NCBI GenBank assembly: GCA_043739185.1
Contig: JAYUEN010000376.1
Location: forward strand, 1 to 34,719
Length of the DNA: 34,719 nucleotides
Direction of reading: 5' to 3'
DNA from: Bdellovibrionales bacterium
GTDB lineage: Bacteria > Bdellovibrionota > Bdellovibrionia > Bdellovibrionales > JAMPXM01
Shown: one piece after another, positions 26,553 through 34,719 of the stretch
How the letters are laid out: each line of letters opens with the position of its first letter
How positions within the stretch are numbered: position 1 is the first letter of the stretch
Made by a program: the position numbers and the translations under genes
The notes under the pieces: model-generated
What the model was told of the DNA's origin: nothing
Seen by the model: only the letters and a program-made list of their open reading frames with translations
Database searches by the model: none

Positions 26553-27428
26553 TCAATTCAGGTCGAGACCTAAAACTTCACCCTGCTCCGAGAGATGAAT
26601 GAGAAGATTTTGTGATCTGGTCGTGATTGAATTGATTTTCATATTGCTGCAATAAACTTGTACCCACGACTCAAAATCAATTAAGTTTTCCTGTCCAGAA
26701 ATGCGATTCCAGTGTTCATTGTTCAAATTAAAGCCAACCAATACTTCGTTTTCTTTTGAGCAGTTTATTTTCTTCATAATTCGAGAAGTTAACTGCAATG
26801 ACTTTCCGGATTTCGCGGTAAAATAAACTTCCGCAATTGGCGTCGGCATTGGGTAAGTCAAAATGTTAAATTGAATTCGATTTTGACTGCTCGCGAATTC
26901 AAAATCAAAAGTGGCAAGCTTGTTAGAAAGAGAAAAGCGAATTTTAGCTCCTAAAATATCAAGCTTTGCATGGTTAGGCTCACCGGTCTGATGTCCAACC
27001 TCGTGAATCAACAAGGCTACAACTGTAGAAAAATCAAGGCTCGGTCGCCCCGATAAATCATAAAGCTCATCGACATTAAAAAATATGGGTAGCTTCGTAT
27101 CCAAGCCAGTCTTTGCAATTCGGTAGTTTTCAGTCGAAGAAGTCGTAAAAAACCCTGGATTTAGTTTTTCTGAAACGAATTGAATTCGATCTTCTGAAGT
27201 ATAATTTTGCAAAACGATTTGCTCAATACTTTTTAAAATTGAACTTTCTTCTTGCGTGAGTCCACATTGATTGTTCGCCATATGACAACCAGAAATAATT
27301 TTTGGTAAATTTAAATATGCGAACTGAATATTTTGTTCTACAAGACCGGCACCGTTTCCAACAATTCCGCCAGCAAAACTTACTGAAGTAAATAAAAAAT
27401 ATATTAAAATTCCACTAGTTGTTTTCAT
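26553..27428 (-). CDS. Secreted protein with GGxxGNG motif and HExxH (putative metallopeptidase)
   Basis: Start ATG 27428 overlapping the upstream gene; signal peptide ending SFA, then GGIVGNGAG; LLIHEVGH followed by NH. Confidence 0.65.
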   Translation of the reverse strand: MKTTSGILIYFLFTSVSFAGGIVGNGAGLVEQNIQFAYLNLPKIISGCHMANNQCGLTQEESSILKSIEQIVLQNYTSEDRIQFVSEKLNPGFFTTSSTENYRIAKTGLDTKLPIFFNVDELYDLSGRPSLDFSTVVALLIHEVGHQTGEPNHAKLDILGAKIRFSLSNKLATFDFEFASSQNRIQFNILTYPMPTPIAEVYFTAKSGKSLQLTSRIMKKINCSKENEVLVGFNLNNEHWNRISGQENLIDFESWVQVYCSNMKINSITTRSQNLLIHLSEQGEVLGLDLN

Positions 27429-28284
27429 TGCTGGTCTCCGTGTGGTCTTCTTTTTTAGTGTGTTCAAATAATTGCACATTCAGTTGGTAGATTTGATTGG
27501 ACTCTTCCGCTTCAAACTCAGAATTAAATTCGTTTACAAATTGCAGAATGTCGGACTTCGCTTTCGCCATCTCTTTCGAATCAAACTTTAGTGTCAAAGA
27601 ATTGAAGTGGCGAGACCTAACCTCTTGCTCATCAACAGCTTCGATGGCTCGATTCATCATGCCTTTATGGTGAGCCCGAATGGCCTCCGAAGGGATCTCA
27701 TGGGTGGTTTCAAGCGTTTGATTTAAGATTTCTAATTGCCCATCCGCATTTCTATTAACGATGCCAAGCTCAGTCATGATTTCGATTGATTTTTTGACTT
27801 GGGCAGGACTAACTTTTTTTCGCAAGCGACGACTGATCCAAGAATAGTCCTCTCGAAAATCAAATGTGCTAATCAAGCTTTGTATAGCAATGTGATACCA
27901 ATCTCGCATCATAGAAAATTGCTTGAGGCTCACTTTATAAGTGTCTTTAAAGTGACTCAACTTGCCGAGAACTTGTTCGGTATTGCGCCCTTTTTTTCGC
28001 AATTTCTCAAGCTGAACCAAATTTCGAATATATTGATCTTCTTCACGTGACAACTTCCAGTGATGTGAAATGGCGTCTAATAGCTCCGAACTGGGTAAGC
28101 GCTCGCCAGAAAAAATCATCGATATACTGCTTGCAGAGCTATAGCCAAGTAACTTTGCAAACTGCTCTAAGTTCGTTCTCTTTAATCCATCCGAGGCAAG
28201 GAACTCGCGCTGAAGTCGATATTGAAAGTAATCTTGAAAGTTTTTAAATTGAATGGCCTTTAACTTTTCCAGTCGAATCTCCAT
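27415..28284 (-). CDS. TIGR02147-family protein (HTH plus DUF4423)
   Basis: FAKLLGYSSASSISMIFSGER HTH; WYHIAI, WISRRL, AIRAHHK, E.R.F..LT, YQLNVQLF. Confidence 0.88.
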   Translation of the reverse strand: MEIRLEKLKAIQFKNFQDYFQYRLQREFLASDGLKRTNLEQFAKLLGYSSASSISMIFSGERLPSSELLDAISHHWKLSREEDQYIRNLVQLEKLRKKGRNTEQVLGKLSHFKDTYKVSLKQFSMMRDWYHIAIQSLISTFDFREDYSWISRRLRKKVSPAQVKKSIEIMTELGIVNRNADGQLEILNQTLETTHEIPSEAIRAHHKGMMNRAIEAVDEQEVRSRHFNSLTLKFDSKEMAKAKSDILQFVNEFNSEFEAEESNQIYQLNVQLFEHTKKEDHTETSNENN

Positions 28285-28351
28285 GCTCTTAAATTCAACG
28301 AAGTTGTACTTTATTCAATCTGGAACTGCCACTTTAATAAGAGAATTCTTA

Positions 28352-28364
28352 TCTCAGTTTGAGA
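28352..28364. promoter_or_regulatory. TCTCA-N3-TGAGA palindrome in a divergent intergenic region
   Basis: Perfect TCTCAGTTTGAGA; degenerate copies occur in other intergenic regions of this window. Confidence 0.5.
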
Positions 28365-28529
28365 AATTTACCTCAAATTTGATGACGCAATATGGCGTCA
28401 GATTAAATTAACGCGTTCAAAAGCGTCTTCAGAATAGACAGTGAATGCTTCATGATCAATTTTTCGACTTAAGCCTAGCTTAATTTCTTCGGCACTTGGA
28501 GGCAAATTTGCTGCTCTTTAAGTTGTGGA

Positions 28530-31265
28530 ATGTTGGGGGTATGTATCATGATGAGCCGAAATTTAAATTTGAAAAAGTTTTTACTCCTTCTGCTCTTTGC
28601 ATTTTTGCCATTTCAAAATTGCGGGGCACCTGTCGACTTTCAACCTTCTGATGTTGTACTTGATTCTCTCGGACGACCAATTTACAAAGGTCAACTCGTC
28701 GTTACTCCATCTAAACCAAACCCACCACTTAAATTATTTTTTGTAATTGATAATTCGGCTTCAATGCTCGGACATCAAATTGATTTGGGTGCACAATTTT
28801 CTTCACTATTTCAATCTGCAAGTACAAGTCTTCAGGGTTTTGATACCACCATTTACGTTTTTTCAACTGCTTCGACTTATAATTCAAATTTGTATTCCTT
28901 GATTCCCTCGCGCGCGCCAAGTTCGATTTCTTCTTTGCCTTTACTTTCAGACCCCGTTCATTTAGGTCAAACTCCCGGAAGCATATTTTCTTACTGGGCT
29001 AAATTAACCGGAACTTTTGGCACCGCGCCTTATAACTATCAACTTTTACCTTCGCCAGTTTTAGATATGAATAATGGTGCAGTTACTAGTAATTTATTTA
29101 TCGGAAAAAAGGGCTCCAGTTCAGACTTAGACTATAATTCAAAGATTTCTGCGCTCACGACTGCGTTTAAATCACGACTTTCGTATTTGAACCCCTCCGG
29201 TCAAGCTGCGTTCTCGAATCTAACGGATGTGTCTTCGGGCCTCTGTAGCATGGCTCGCATCGTGAAACATTCATCGGATTATATTCAACCTGGTGATTCG
29301 ACTGCTTTCATTATAGCTAGTGATGATGATGATCGTTTGAATTTGCGAAATCCAAATGGCAATTCATGTCTTGAGTCGGTTGTAGGCGGAAGCAATTTAG
29401 TAAACGGAAATTGCGGCCACTATCAAAGTACTTTTAATTATAACAGTTCAGCCAGCATTTCTTATTATGCAAATCGCAAATTCAACTACGAATCCGGAAC
29501 CAATATTTACTATTCTTATCCGAGCTCCGAAACTTGCACGCTTTCTTACCAAGATGGTTATAGTTATTCTTCAAGCTATACCGCCTTACAAACAGATGTC
29601 ACTTATACGAGATGTGATTTGTGGCGCGACGGAACCTGCATAACTCCTCATCCAAATTATAAATACACGGTGAGCGGAAGTTTCGTCGTTTCCGGAGGCT
29701 CCTGCTCAAGAGATATGAGTGCCTTGGTTGACAATCCGGCGCCTGGCGCAAGTTTTTCGTGCGTCGCCAATAATTTGCCGAACCAAACTGGTTCTTCTGG
29801 AGTGGACTCAGGATCGAATGGTTCGGTCTGTAGCGCTAGTTTAATTTCAGGTCTGCAATCAAGTAACCGCAGTAATATTGTTTGCACAATTTCAGGTGCT
29901 CATACTCAAGCTGGGGTTAGCGTAGGCGGGCAAAGTATTGGAGCCTGCGCAAATTATTGTAGTGGTAATCTCTCAAGTTATCCAAACTGCGTATTGACCG
30001 CAACTGCAGTCAATCGAAGTTCTGGCTCATATCCTTTAACTAAAGTTGAAGTTCAATGTAATTCAACTTGCCCTGCGGGAAGTGTCTGCGCCGGTACAAC
30101 TCCACTCGCGTATCTTCAGAGCCAATACGGATCGGGTGCTACTTGTGACGGAACTTCAGCTATTATTAGCTCTATTATGTTAAACAAAGGGGTAGATGCC
30201 AGTGGCAATCGCCTAGCCTGCTCAAGCAGTATCTCCGGCCTGACTGCGACCGATGTCGGCGGCAATGTAGTATGCGCAAGTTTCAATGGTACATCCGGAA
30301 CGATTCAAGATTGCACCAACTCATTGATTAACGGGACTCCCGATTCCACTAAAGTTTGCACCACAGACGATTCTCCTTCGCCGACAGTTGTGACAGTTCC
30401 TCTCGGCGTGAATTGTACGACCTCATGTGCTTCTTCGGGTGGGTATTGTGTTTCGGGAACAGATGCTAGCGTCGCAAGTTCAATTGCCAGAAGGTTTGGT
30501 GGATATTGTTCGGGATCTTCAAGTTCAGGCTCTAACTCGTTCACATTGAGCTTCAAGCCAGCGGCTTCTTCTGGAGCCAATTGCTCCTCTAAGTGCTCAG
30601 ATACAATTTCAGGTTCGTGTGATGGCTTGGGTTTTGGTGCGACGGATAATTCTACAATTTCAGATTTTATCAGATTGCAAAAATCGGGTGGAAGCACATG
30701 TTCATCTTCAACCTCATTCACAAATGATGTGGCTGTTACTGGCGCTGATGCCGCCAATCCCGTAGCTTCCTGTGCCACGGGAAAATTCTTTCAAGCCAGT
30801 AGCTCTTCTTATATAGGAACTGCGACTACATATACTACTGGCGATGCCAACCATGTAGCCGGTGACTTTGTAAATTTCATTGCTCAAGGAGCACCTCAGG
30901 CTTCGATGGCCGTGATCACGCAAATGCCTGGTGATAATCTATATGGAACCAATATTGGACAACAATATATCAATTTAGCTACGCAAATGCATTCGGACCA
31001 AATCTCAAGTATCATGGGAAATTATTCTTCCGCACTCAATCACATTTCAGATTTCATTGTGAAAAGTGCCTTAAATAGTTTTGTACTACCAATTGCTTCA
31101 ACGAACTTTGTTTACGCCGTCTCGATTTTGCGAAAAGGAAGCACCAATTGGCAGGTTTTAGATGCCAACAATTGGAGTATTTCGGGAAGCACGCTCAAAG
31201 TATTACCTGCAGTCAGTTTGCAGATCGGCGATCAGATTTTATATCAATATCGACTGAGCGAATAG
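28530..31265 (+). CDS. Large lipoprotein with a vWA (MIDAS) domain interrupted by a Cys-rich insert
   Basis: FQNC lipobox (likely start 28548/28551); FVIDNSASM (DxSxS); IIASDDDD; about 29-Cys S/G/T-rich insert; then GQQYINLA..SI..NYSSAL and a C-terminal beta domain. Confidence 0.75.
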   Translation: MLGVCIMMSRNLNLKKFLLLLLFAFLPFQNCGAPVDFQPSDVVLDSLGRPIYKGQLVVTPSKPNPPLKLFFVIDNSASMLGHQIDLGAQFSSLFQSASTSLQGFDTTIYVFSTASTYNSNLYSLIPSRAPSSISSLPLLSDPVHLGQTPGSIFSYWAKLTGTFGTAPYNYQLLPSPVLDMNNGAVTSNLFIGKKGSSSDLDYNSKISALTTAFKSRLSYLNPSGQAAFSNLTDVSSGLCSMARIVKHSSDYIQPGDSTAFIIASDDDDRLNLRNPNGNSCLESVVGGSNLVNGNCGHYQSTFNYNSSASISYYANRKFNYESGTNIYYSYPSSETCTLSYQDGYSYSSSYTALQTDVTYTRCDLWRDGTCITPHPNYKYTVSGSFVVSGGSCSRDMSALVDNPAPGASFSCVANNLPNQTGSSGVDSGSNGSVCSASLISGLQSSNRSNIVCTISGAHTQAGVSVGGQSIGACANYCSGNLSSYPNCVLTATAVNRSSGSYPLTKVEVQCNSTCPAGSVCAGTTPLAYLQSQYGSGATCDGTSAIISSIMLNKGVDASGNRLACSSSISGLTATDVGGNVVCASFNGTSGTIQDCTNSLINGTPDSTKVCTTDDSPSPTVVTVPLGVNCTTSCASSGGYCVSGTDASVASSIARRFGGYCSGSSSSGSNSFTLSFKPAASSGANCSSKCSDTISGSCDGLGFGATDNSTISDFIRLQKSGGSTCSSSTSFTNDVAVTGADAANPVASCATGKFFQASSSSYIGTATTYTTGDANHVAGDFVNFIAQGAPQASMAVITQMPGDNLYGTNIGQQYINLATQMHSDQISSIMGNYSSALNHISDFIVKSALNSFVLPIASTNFVYAVSILRKGSTNWQVLDANNWSISGSTLKVLPAVSLQIGDQILYQYRLSE

Positions 31266-31520
31266 CCTTTGCTTCAATTAGTTTCGAACACATTTATTGT
31301 TCACATTGATTCTGGCCCCAGAATCTAAGATTTCAAAGTGTTTCATATTGAGACATCGCCACCTCTCCTTTGATAAAAAGTTGCTGTGAAATTTTTGAAC
31401 ACATGACTATTCTGCAGACGATCGTCAGCGTAATTGGTCAATATCGAGCGCCTCGCGGGGCATGAAACTTGAAGTAATGAATAACTAGGGAATGTAAATT
31501 GGATGTAAAAAGGGGAACTC

Positions 31521-32084
31521 ATGACTAAATCAAGTATTAGATTTGCCGTATTGGGTCTCTCGACTTTTTCAATGATGCTCCTTTTTCAAAACTGCGGAGA
31601 TCGTTTCAGCTTCAATTCCTCAGTCGCCGGCGCCACCTTAGTCGCTGCCAACGTCCCCGCAACTAATGCTCCGAATGCAGATGGGGCACCGCCCGCATCT
31701 CAACCACCATTAGGTGTAAAAGGTAAACCGCCGTTTGAGCCACTCCCACCAGTATGTCCTCCTGACGAAAACGAGGCTACAAAATTGGTGGAATGTGAAC
31801 TCGGAAGTCCAAATATGAAAATCATCTTGAGTACGGATTTGGTTGCAGGCTCAAATGCCCAGGCCACTCGGTTGTGTATGTCTCAACATGCTTGTCTAGA
31901 TTTGGTAAATGCCTATGCCCAAGCTCGAAACTGCGCCTTGAATTTAGGGGCCGCAGTGAACGCAACCGCTGCCGCCAGCTGCACGGCAATCTTCCCAGGT
32001 AGCCAAGGAACTTGCCACAATGCAGACGCCGTATCGGACGCAGTTGTCGCAAGTGTTTTGACAGCAATGGCTGCCGGCCATTGA
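31521..32084 (+). CDS. Small Cys-rich lipoprotein
   Basis: AGGGG RBS, FQNC lipobox, Pro/Ala linker, Cys-rich C-terminal domain. Confidence 0.75.
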   Translation: MTKSSIRFAVLGLSTFSMMLLFQNCGDRFSFNSSVAGATLVAANVPATNAPNADGAPPASQPPLGVKGKPPFEPLPPVCPPDENEATKLVECELGSPNMKIILSTDLVAGSNAQATRLCMSQHACLDLVNAYAQARNCALNLGAAVNATAAASCTAIFPGSQGTCHNADAVSDAVVASVLTAMAAGH

Positions 32085-32330
32085 TCTGCCGTTAAAACTG
32101 ATCTAAAATCTAGAGTTGAAATTGACCAAGCAAATTATTTTTTTTGCATCGCTTTGAGATGCTTTTTGTCGACTCAAATTCCCCTCGACCTAATCTTAAT
32201 TCAATCCAAACGTAGCGCTTTCTAGACTTTTTCAAAATGAGAAGCTCCCAGATTTTTCTAAACTTTTAATATTTTGAAACCGACAAGTTGCAGGCTCTTA
32301 AATCTCGAAGTCTTAAATGGAGATTCGCTT

Positions 32331-32606
32331 ATGTCTCATAATATGATCATCTACGCAGCTGCGCTTTCGCTAGGAATTGCTCCGGTTACTGCGAGTAATA
32401 AGGCGGCAAGCCTATCGGTTTCAAAAACTCAAGCAAGTGTGCAAGCTGCAAATCCACAAAATTCTTATTCAATAAATTCGCCACAGGGCCATGCCATGCA
32501 TATGCAGATGATGCAAATGCAACAGGCGCAAATGAATTTTCAGAAGCAACAAGCGAGTCTTGCAGCTCTGCCAAAAGCAAAACCACTTTCAACTAAAGAT
32601 AAATAA
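32331..32606 (+). CDS. Small secreted Gln/Met-rich low-complexity protein
   Basis: GGAGA RBS before ATG 32331; hydrophobic N-terminus; HAMHMQMMQMQQAQM. Confidence 0.55.
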   Translation: MSHNMIIYAAALSLGIAPVTASNKAASLSVSKTQASVQAANPQNSYSINSPQGHAMHMQMMQMQQAQMNFQKQQASLAALPKAKPLSTKDK

Positions 32607-32645
32607 AAATAGAAGAAATTTATTAACCCTAATAAGGAGTGATTT

Positions 32646-34703
32646 ATGTCTGGACGTTTATTGATAAATCGCAATCAAATGCGATTCTTAATTGTAGGAG
32701 CTGCCGCTCTCGCGATGAGCGCCTGTAGTAGCAGCGGAGACTCAGCAAGTACCTCAGGAACCATGAGTGTGACGGGAAGCCTAACGCAAAACGTGGCATC
32801 TGACTTAGGAAATCCTGTCAGTATGTTTGAAGCAAATTTCGCAACCTCCGGAACCAAAATTTCGCTTGATTGCGGATCTTCTGGAGTGTTTAGCGCGACC
32901 GTTGATCCAAGCAGTGGCGCCTTTACTGCCAGCGGAATCCCGACTGGAGTTCCCTGTACTTTCAATTTCGTAAGCTCAACGAACGGCGCTACCAAATGCC
33001 AAGTGCAGTTTCAAGATTCAAGTAACTTAGATTTAAATAATAATCCGATGAGTACTGGTTCAGCTGCCGCAAGTTCAAGTCTCGCATTGGGTCCGATCAC
33101 TTGCGATACATCAGGTAATGTGAACATCACTGCTTCTGGAGTTTCAGGCTTAAGCTCGGGCGGCTCAGTCGCTGTCGGTACCGCTTTTGACTTTACTGGC
33201 TCTTGGTTGATCGGTGCTTTTGACGGCACTCTGCCAACCGGCTATCTCACTCCAACTTGCAGCGGTAATAGCTGTCAGGGACCAGGTCTCGGCCAGCCAA
33301 TTAGTCTAGTGAGATTTCATGGATCAAAATTCACTCCATCCACTGGACAATGTACTCCCGCAATTAATGTCAGTTGCCCAGTTGGTAGCGGTACTGTTGA
33401 TGCAACTAAAGACGGATACGGAATGTCAATCTGGGGCGGTGACTATGCTCATGGCATCGGCGCCTGCGGAGCCAATACAGGTTTCACAGCTGATGAAGCC
33501 CGAGCTTACGCTCATATTAGTCTCGATGCGACTGCACCTTCTTTGACAGGCCATCAATTAAATTACGCTCACTTCGGATGGAGTGCTGCTCCGACAGGGT
33601 TCGGTGGTGATGCTGGATGGACCCAACCATGGATGTATACAGGAGCTACTTCAAGTTGGGCTATGCAAGACTGCCAACCTGTGAGCGTACCGAGTACTTC
33701 AAGTGGAGCTAATAAGCCGGGTTATGCATGTTTCTCACAAGTGATGAATAATAACGTGGGCCAGGGAACCTATGTCTGGAATGTCGGCTTAGCAAATGCT
33801 GGCGGTTGCGTTGATAGCAATAATCAACCGGTCATGGTAAACAACTGGTCAGCCTTTCAAAATGGCTCATGCACAAGTTCTGCGTCCTCTTTCAATAGCC
33901 ACTTTCAAACTAATAGCTGTACTTATACTGGAGCTCCAGTAGCAGGTCAGGCATCGATTACCTTCACTTGTTCATTTACGGGTGGTGCCTTCACCGATAT
34001 TTCGGCCGGCACGGCTTCTACCGATAATAATGGTCCAAATTTTTCAACTGGTGCATATTCATTTACTGGTGGAAATTATCCAGGTCAACCAGCACCACTT
34101 ATTGCGCAGAATGGAACTTGTAAAAATGCGACAACAAGCGAAGCTACTTTAATTACTCAAGCGACTTCTGGCGGTACAGCCGCGCTCAAGGCCGCTGCAT
34201 CTAAAGAACTTTTGGCTCGCTATCAATGTTATGCGAGTCAATACTGGCAACATACAACAAACGGCGGCGGAGCCACCACTTGCCAACGCAATTACAACTT
34301 CGACTGGTCAACCAATGACTATTCGAAATTCGTGATGGGTGATGATCGCAGTATGAAGCCACAAAATGCTTTCATTACTGATCGCGTATTTTACTCAAGC
34401 GATGGTCAATGGGCATTCTTGAAAAATGTGGATACTAAGTTTCAAAGTATTCCGACTTCATCTGGTAGCACACTTTGCCCTATGAAAAATATCACCGAGC
34501 TTAAGTTTAAACGTGTATCGGACAGCAAACTTCTCGTGAATTTTACTCAGATGTCAGTTATGGCTGATAAGAGTGCCACTTGCCAAGCGGCAGTGGCTGC
34601 GGCATTGGCTGGCGGAGGTACATTGGGTACGGATCCAACTGGTCTTAATAACCTCTATCGAGATTTACAACCTCAAAGAATGCTGTTTTATTTAACTAAG
34701 TAA
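32646..34703 (+). CDS. Large Cys-rich Ser/Thr/Gly-rich lipoprotein of unknown function
   Basis: AAGGAG RBS; MSAC lipobox followed by a Ser linker; many Cys without CxxCH. Confidence 0.78.
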   Translation: MSGRLLINRNQMRFLIVGAAALAMSACSSSGDSASTSGTMSVTGSLTQNVASDLGNPVSMFEANFATSGTKISLDCGSSGVFSATVDPSSGAFTASGIPTGVPCTFNFVSSTNGATKCQVQFQDSSNLDLNNNPMSTGSAAASSSLALGPITCDTSGNVNITASGVSGLSSGGSVAVGTAFDFTGSWLIGAFDGTLPTGYLTPTCSGNSCQGPGLGQPISLVRFHGSKFTPSTGQCTPAINVSCPVGSGTVDATKDGYGMSIWGGDYAHGIGACGANTGFTADEARAYAHISLDATAPSLTGHQLNYAHFGWSAAPTGFGGDAGWTQPWMYTGATSSWAMQDCQPVSVPSTSSGANKPGYACFSQVMNNNVGQGTYVWNVGLANAGGCVDSNNQPVMVNNWSAFQNGSCTSSASSFNSHFQTNSCTYTGAPVAGQASITFTCSFTGGAFTDISAGTASTDNNGPNFSTGAYSFTGGNYPGQPAPLIAQNGTCKNATTSEATLITQATSGGTAALKAAASKELLARYQCYASQYWQHTTNGGGATTCQRNYNFDWSTNDYSKFVMGDDRSMKPQNAFITDRVFYSSDGQWAFLKNVDTKFQSIPTSSGSTLCPMKNITELKFKRVSDSKLLVNFTQMSVMADKSATCQAAVAAALAGGGTLGTDPTGLNNLYRDLQPQRMLFYLTK

Positions 34704-34719
34704 TTTTAGTTTAAATTTT

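Noticed and set aside
548..33546. Numerous short ORFs (60-160 aa) nested in or antisense to long genes, e.g. 4684-5046, 8018-8401, 20668-21009, 30305-30778
   Set aside because: They overlap well-supported genes, lack RBS or motifs, and are expected shadow ORFs.

Overview
Bacterial genomic DNA, most likely Bdellovibrionota. This is inferred from three FQNC-type lipoboxes, a TIGR02147-like HTH gene and Bdellovibrio-style secreted proteins. The centrepiece (about 1.0-16.4 kb) is a self-contained, divergently transcribed haem/electron-transfer locus. Its + strand arm encodes an outer-membrane beta-barrel, a Lys-rich periplasmic cytochrome with 33 CxxCH motifs (11 triheme modules), a membrane-anchored 2x[Fe-S]/FAD/NAD(P)H oxidoreductase with apparently permuted motif order, a cytochrome-b-like membrane protein with two Hx13H pairs, and a Ser/Thr/Gly-rich lipoprotein with 27 CxxCH motifs. 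Together these look like a complete NAD(P)H-to-cell-surface porin-cytochrome electron conduit (60 c-type haems) in a lineage known mainly for predation. Its - strand arm encodes System II cytochrome c maturation (ResB/CcsB plus CcsA), a lipoprotein, a cytochrome P460-family protein and a doubly disrupted arylsulfotransferase-like gene. The remainder holds an Xre regulator/membrane protein pair with a clear operator, a SAM methyltransferase, HExxH secreted proteins, a secreted CHAD-like protein, a small Sm/LSm-like protein, YyaL, a beta-barrel, a pseudo-receiver protein, a TIGR02147 regulator and a run of Cys-rich surface lipoproteins. Non-coding signals include a 24-bp dispersed repeat, a recurring TCTCA-N3-TGAGA intergenic palindrome and a structured intergenic region near 20.9 kb. 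No rRNA, tRNA, CRISPR array or transposase was recognised. All family calls come from motif recognition by eye; no searches were run.
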